64,000 bases of DNA from Bugula neritina (taxonomy: Eukaryota > Animalia > Bryozoa). Below, one piece after another: positions 61,401-64,000 of the stretch. The notes beneath the pieces were generated by a model. That model did no database searches, was not told the origin of the DNA, and was given only the letters and a program-made list of their open reading frames with translations. Both the position numbers and the translations under genes were made by a program. The stretch lies in the NCBI GenBank assembly GCA_964035545.1, contig OZ037765.1, positions 14,642,698 through 14,706,697 on the forward strand, given 5' to 3'. How positions within the stretch are numbered: the first letter of the stretch is position 1; each line of letters opens with the position of its first letter.

Positions 61401-64000
61401 TACTGAAATACACTGTAACATATTGAAATACGCTGCAACACATTGAAATATACTGCAACATACCGAAATATATAATAAACTACTGAAATATACTCTAACA
61501 CATCGAAAAATACTGCAACATACTGAAATATACTGTAACACACTGAAATATACTGCAACATACTGAAATACATTGTAACATACTGAAATATACTGCAACA
61601 TACGGCAACATACTGAAATACACTGTAACATACTGAAATACACTGCAACATACTGCAACATACTGAAATATACTTCAACATACTGAAATATACTGCAACA
61701 TACTGCAACATACTGAAATACACTGTAACATACTGAAACACACTGCAACACATTGAAACAAACTGCAACATACCTAAATATACAGTAATATACTGAAATA
61801 TACTGTAACACATTGAAAAACACTGCAAGATACTGAAATATGCTGTAGCACACTGAAATACACTGCAACATGCTGAAATACACTGTAAAATACTGAAATA
61901 CACTGCAACATACTGAAATAAACTGTAACCTACTGAAATACACTGCAACATACTACAACATACTGAAACATACTGAAATATACTGCAACATATTGAAATA
62001 TACTACAACATACTAAAATATACTGCAAAATTCTGAAATATACTGTAACATACTGAGATATACGGTAACACGTTGAAATAAACTGCAACAGACTGAAATA
62101 CACTGCAACACAGTGTAATATACTGCAACATACTGAATCATACGGCATATTACTGAAATATACTGCAACACATTGAAATATACTGCAACATACTGCAATA
62201 TGCTGTAGCATACTGAAGTACATTGCAACACACTGAAGTATACTGTGATATGCAGAAACGTACAGCAACATACTGACATATTCCGCAACAAACCGAAATT
62301 TATGGTATACTGAAATTTGTTGCAAACTAGTAAAATATACGGCAACATACAGAAAAATACTGCAACTGTGCAATATAATGAAATATACTGCAAAAATACT
62401 GAAATATACTGCAACAATTTGAAAGTTACTGTATGATACTGAAAAATACTGAAACATACTGAGACATACTGCAACATACTGAAACATACTGCAACATACT
62501 GAAATATACTGCAAGATACTGCAACATACTGAAATACACTGTAACATACTGAAATACACTGCAACATACTGCAACATACTGAAATACACTGCAACATATT
62601 GAAATACACTGCAACACATTGAAATATACTGCAACACAATGAAACATACGGCAACATTCTGAAACATAGTGCGACACAATGAAATATACTGCAACATACT
62701 GAAAGATGCTGTAGCGTACTGAAATACACTGCAACACATTGAAGTATACTGTAATATACAGAAATGTACTGTAACATACTGAAACATACGTCAACATACT
62801 GAAATGTACAGCAACATGCTGAACTATACTGCAACATACTGAAATACACTGTAATATACTGAATTAAACTGCAACATACTGCAACATACTGAAGTAAGCT
62901 GTAGCATACTGAAATACATTGCAGCACACTGAAACGTCCTGTAATATGCAGAAACGTACTGCAACATACTGAAGTATACCGCAACAAACCGAAATTTATG
63001 GTATACTGAAATATGTTGCAAACTAGTAAAATATACTGCAACATACCGAAAAATACTGCAACTGTGCAATATAATGAAATATACTGGAAAAATACTGAAA
63101 TATACTGCAACAATTTGAAAGTTACTGTATGATACTGAAATATACTGAAACACACTGAAACATACTGCAAGATACTGCAACATACTGAAATACACTATAA
63201 CATACTGAAATACACTGCAACATACTGCGACATACTGCAACATACTGAATTACACTGTAACATATTGAAATACACTGCAATACATTGAAATTTACTGCAA
63301 CACACTGAAACATACTGCAACATACTGAAATATACTGCAACATATCGAAGTATATTGTAATATACGGACATGTACTGTAACATACTGAAACATACTGAAA
63401 CATACTGAAATATACTTCAACATACTGAAATATACTGCAACATACTGCAACATACTGAAATACACTGTAACATACTGAAATACACTGCAACACATCGGAA
63501 TAAACTGCAACATACCTAAATATACGGTAATGTCCTGAAATATACTGTTCACATTGAAAAACACTGCAACATACTGAATTACACTGTAACATACTGAAAT
63601 ACACTGCAACATACTGCAACATACTGAAATACATTGGAACATATTGAAACACACTCCAACACATTGAAATATACTGCAACACACTGAAACATACAGCAAC
63701 ATACTGAAATATACTGCGACACATTGAAATATACTGCAACATAGTTAACTATAATGCAAGATACTGCAACATTCTGAAATACACTGTGACATACTGAAAC
63801 ACACTGCAACATACTGCAACATACTGCAACATACTGCAACATACTGCAACATACTGAAATACACTGTAACATATTGAAATACACTGCAACACATTGAAAT
63901 ATACTGCAACACAATGAAACATACGGCAACATACTGAAACATAGTGTGACACATTGAAATATACTGCAACTTACCGAAACATGCTGTAGCATACTGAAAT
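52486..64000. repeat. Satellite 2: 10-bp units (ATACTGCAAC / ATACTGAAAT / ACACTGTAAC) with higher-order repeats, more than 11.5 kb
   Basis: Strict 10-bp period. The landmark AAACCGAAATTTATGGTATAC recurs near 53385, 53990, 55227, 57492, 58637, 59874, 62291 and 62987. Confidence 0.97.

Noticed and set aside
52464-63992. Dozens of Cys/Gln/Tyr/Val-rich minus-strand ORFs
   Set aside because: Artefacts of a stop-poor 10-bp satellite; they are open in all three frames.
39305-64000. CRISPR-like repeat array
   Set aside because: No unique spacers and no cas genes; eukaryotic tandem satellite.

Overview
Repeat-saturated eukaryotic (probably invertebrate animal) genomic DNA with no recognisable host gene. 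1-38.6 kb is a nest of transposable elements: a decayed Gypsy element (1-3.5 kb); an intact Gypsy-type LTR element (4283-9434, inside a MITE) whose primer-binding site matches the 5' end, not the 3' end, of tRNA-Phe; and an intact-looking ISL2EU (PIF/Harbinger-related) DNA transposon (12123-28867). The ISL2EU has 1,068-bp terminal inverted repeats, an AT target duplication, a spliced THAP-DDE transposase and a 4-exon SAP-SWIM-YqaJ exonuclease gene. Its left TIR is interrupted by a second intact Gypsy element (12709-20214) that carries a third, apparently spliced, zinc-finger/coiled-coil ORF in the env position. That ORF and its splice acceptor recur in three decayed relatives in the window. 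39.3-64 kb is satellite DNA: a 20-bp satellite carrying an RTE LINE with a full-length ORF and an orientation switch, then a 10-bp satellite with kb-scale higher-order duplications. All calls come from reading the sequence and ORF track by eye; no searches were run.
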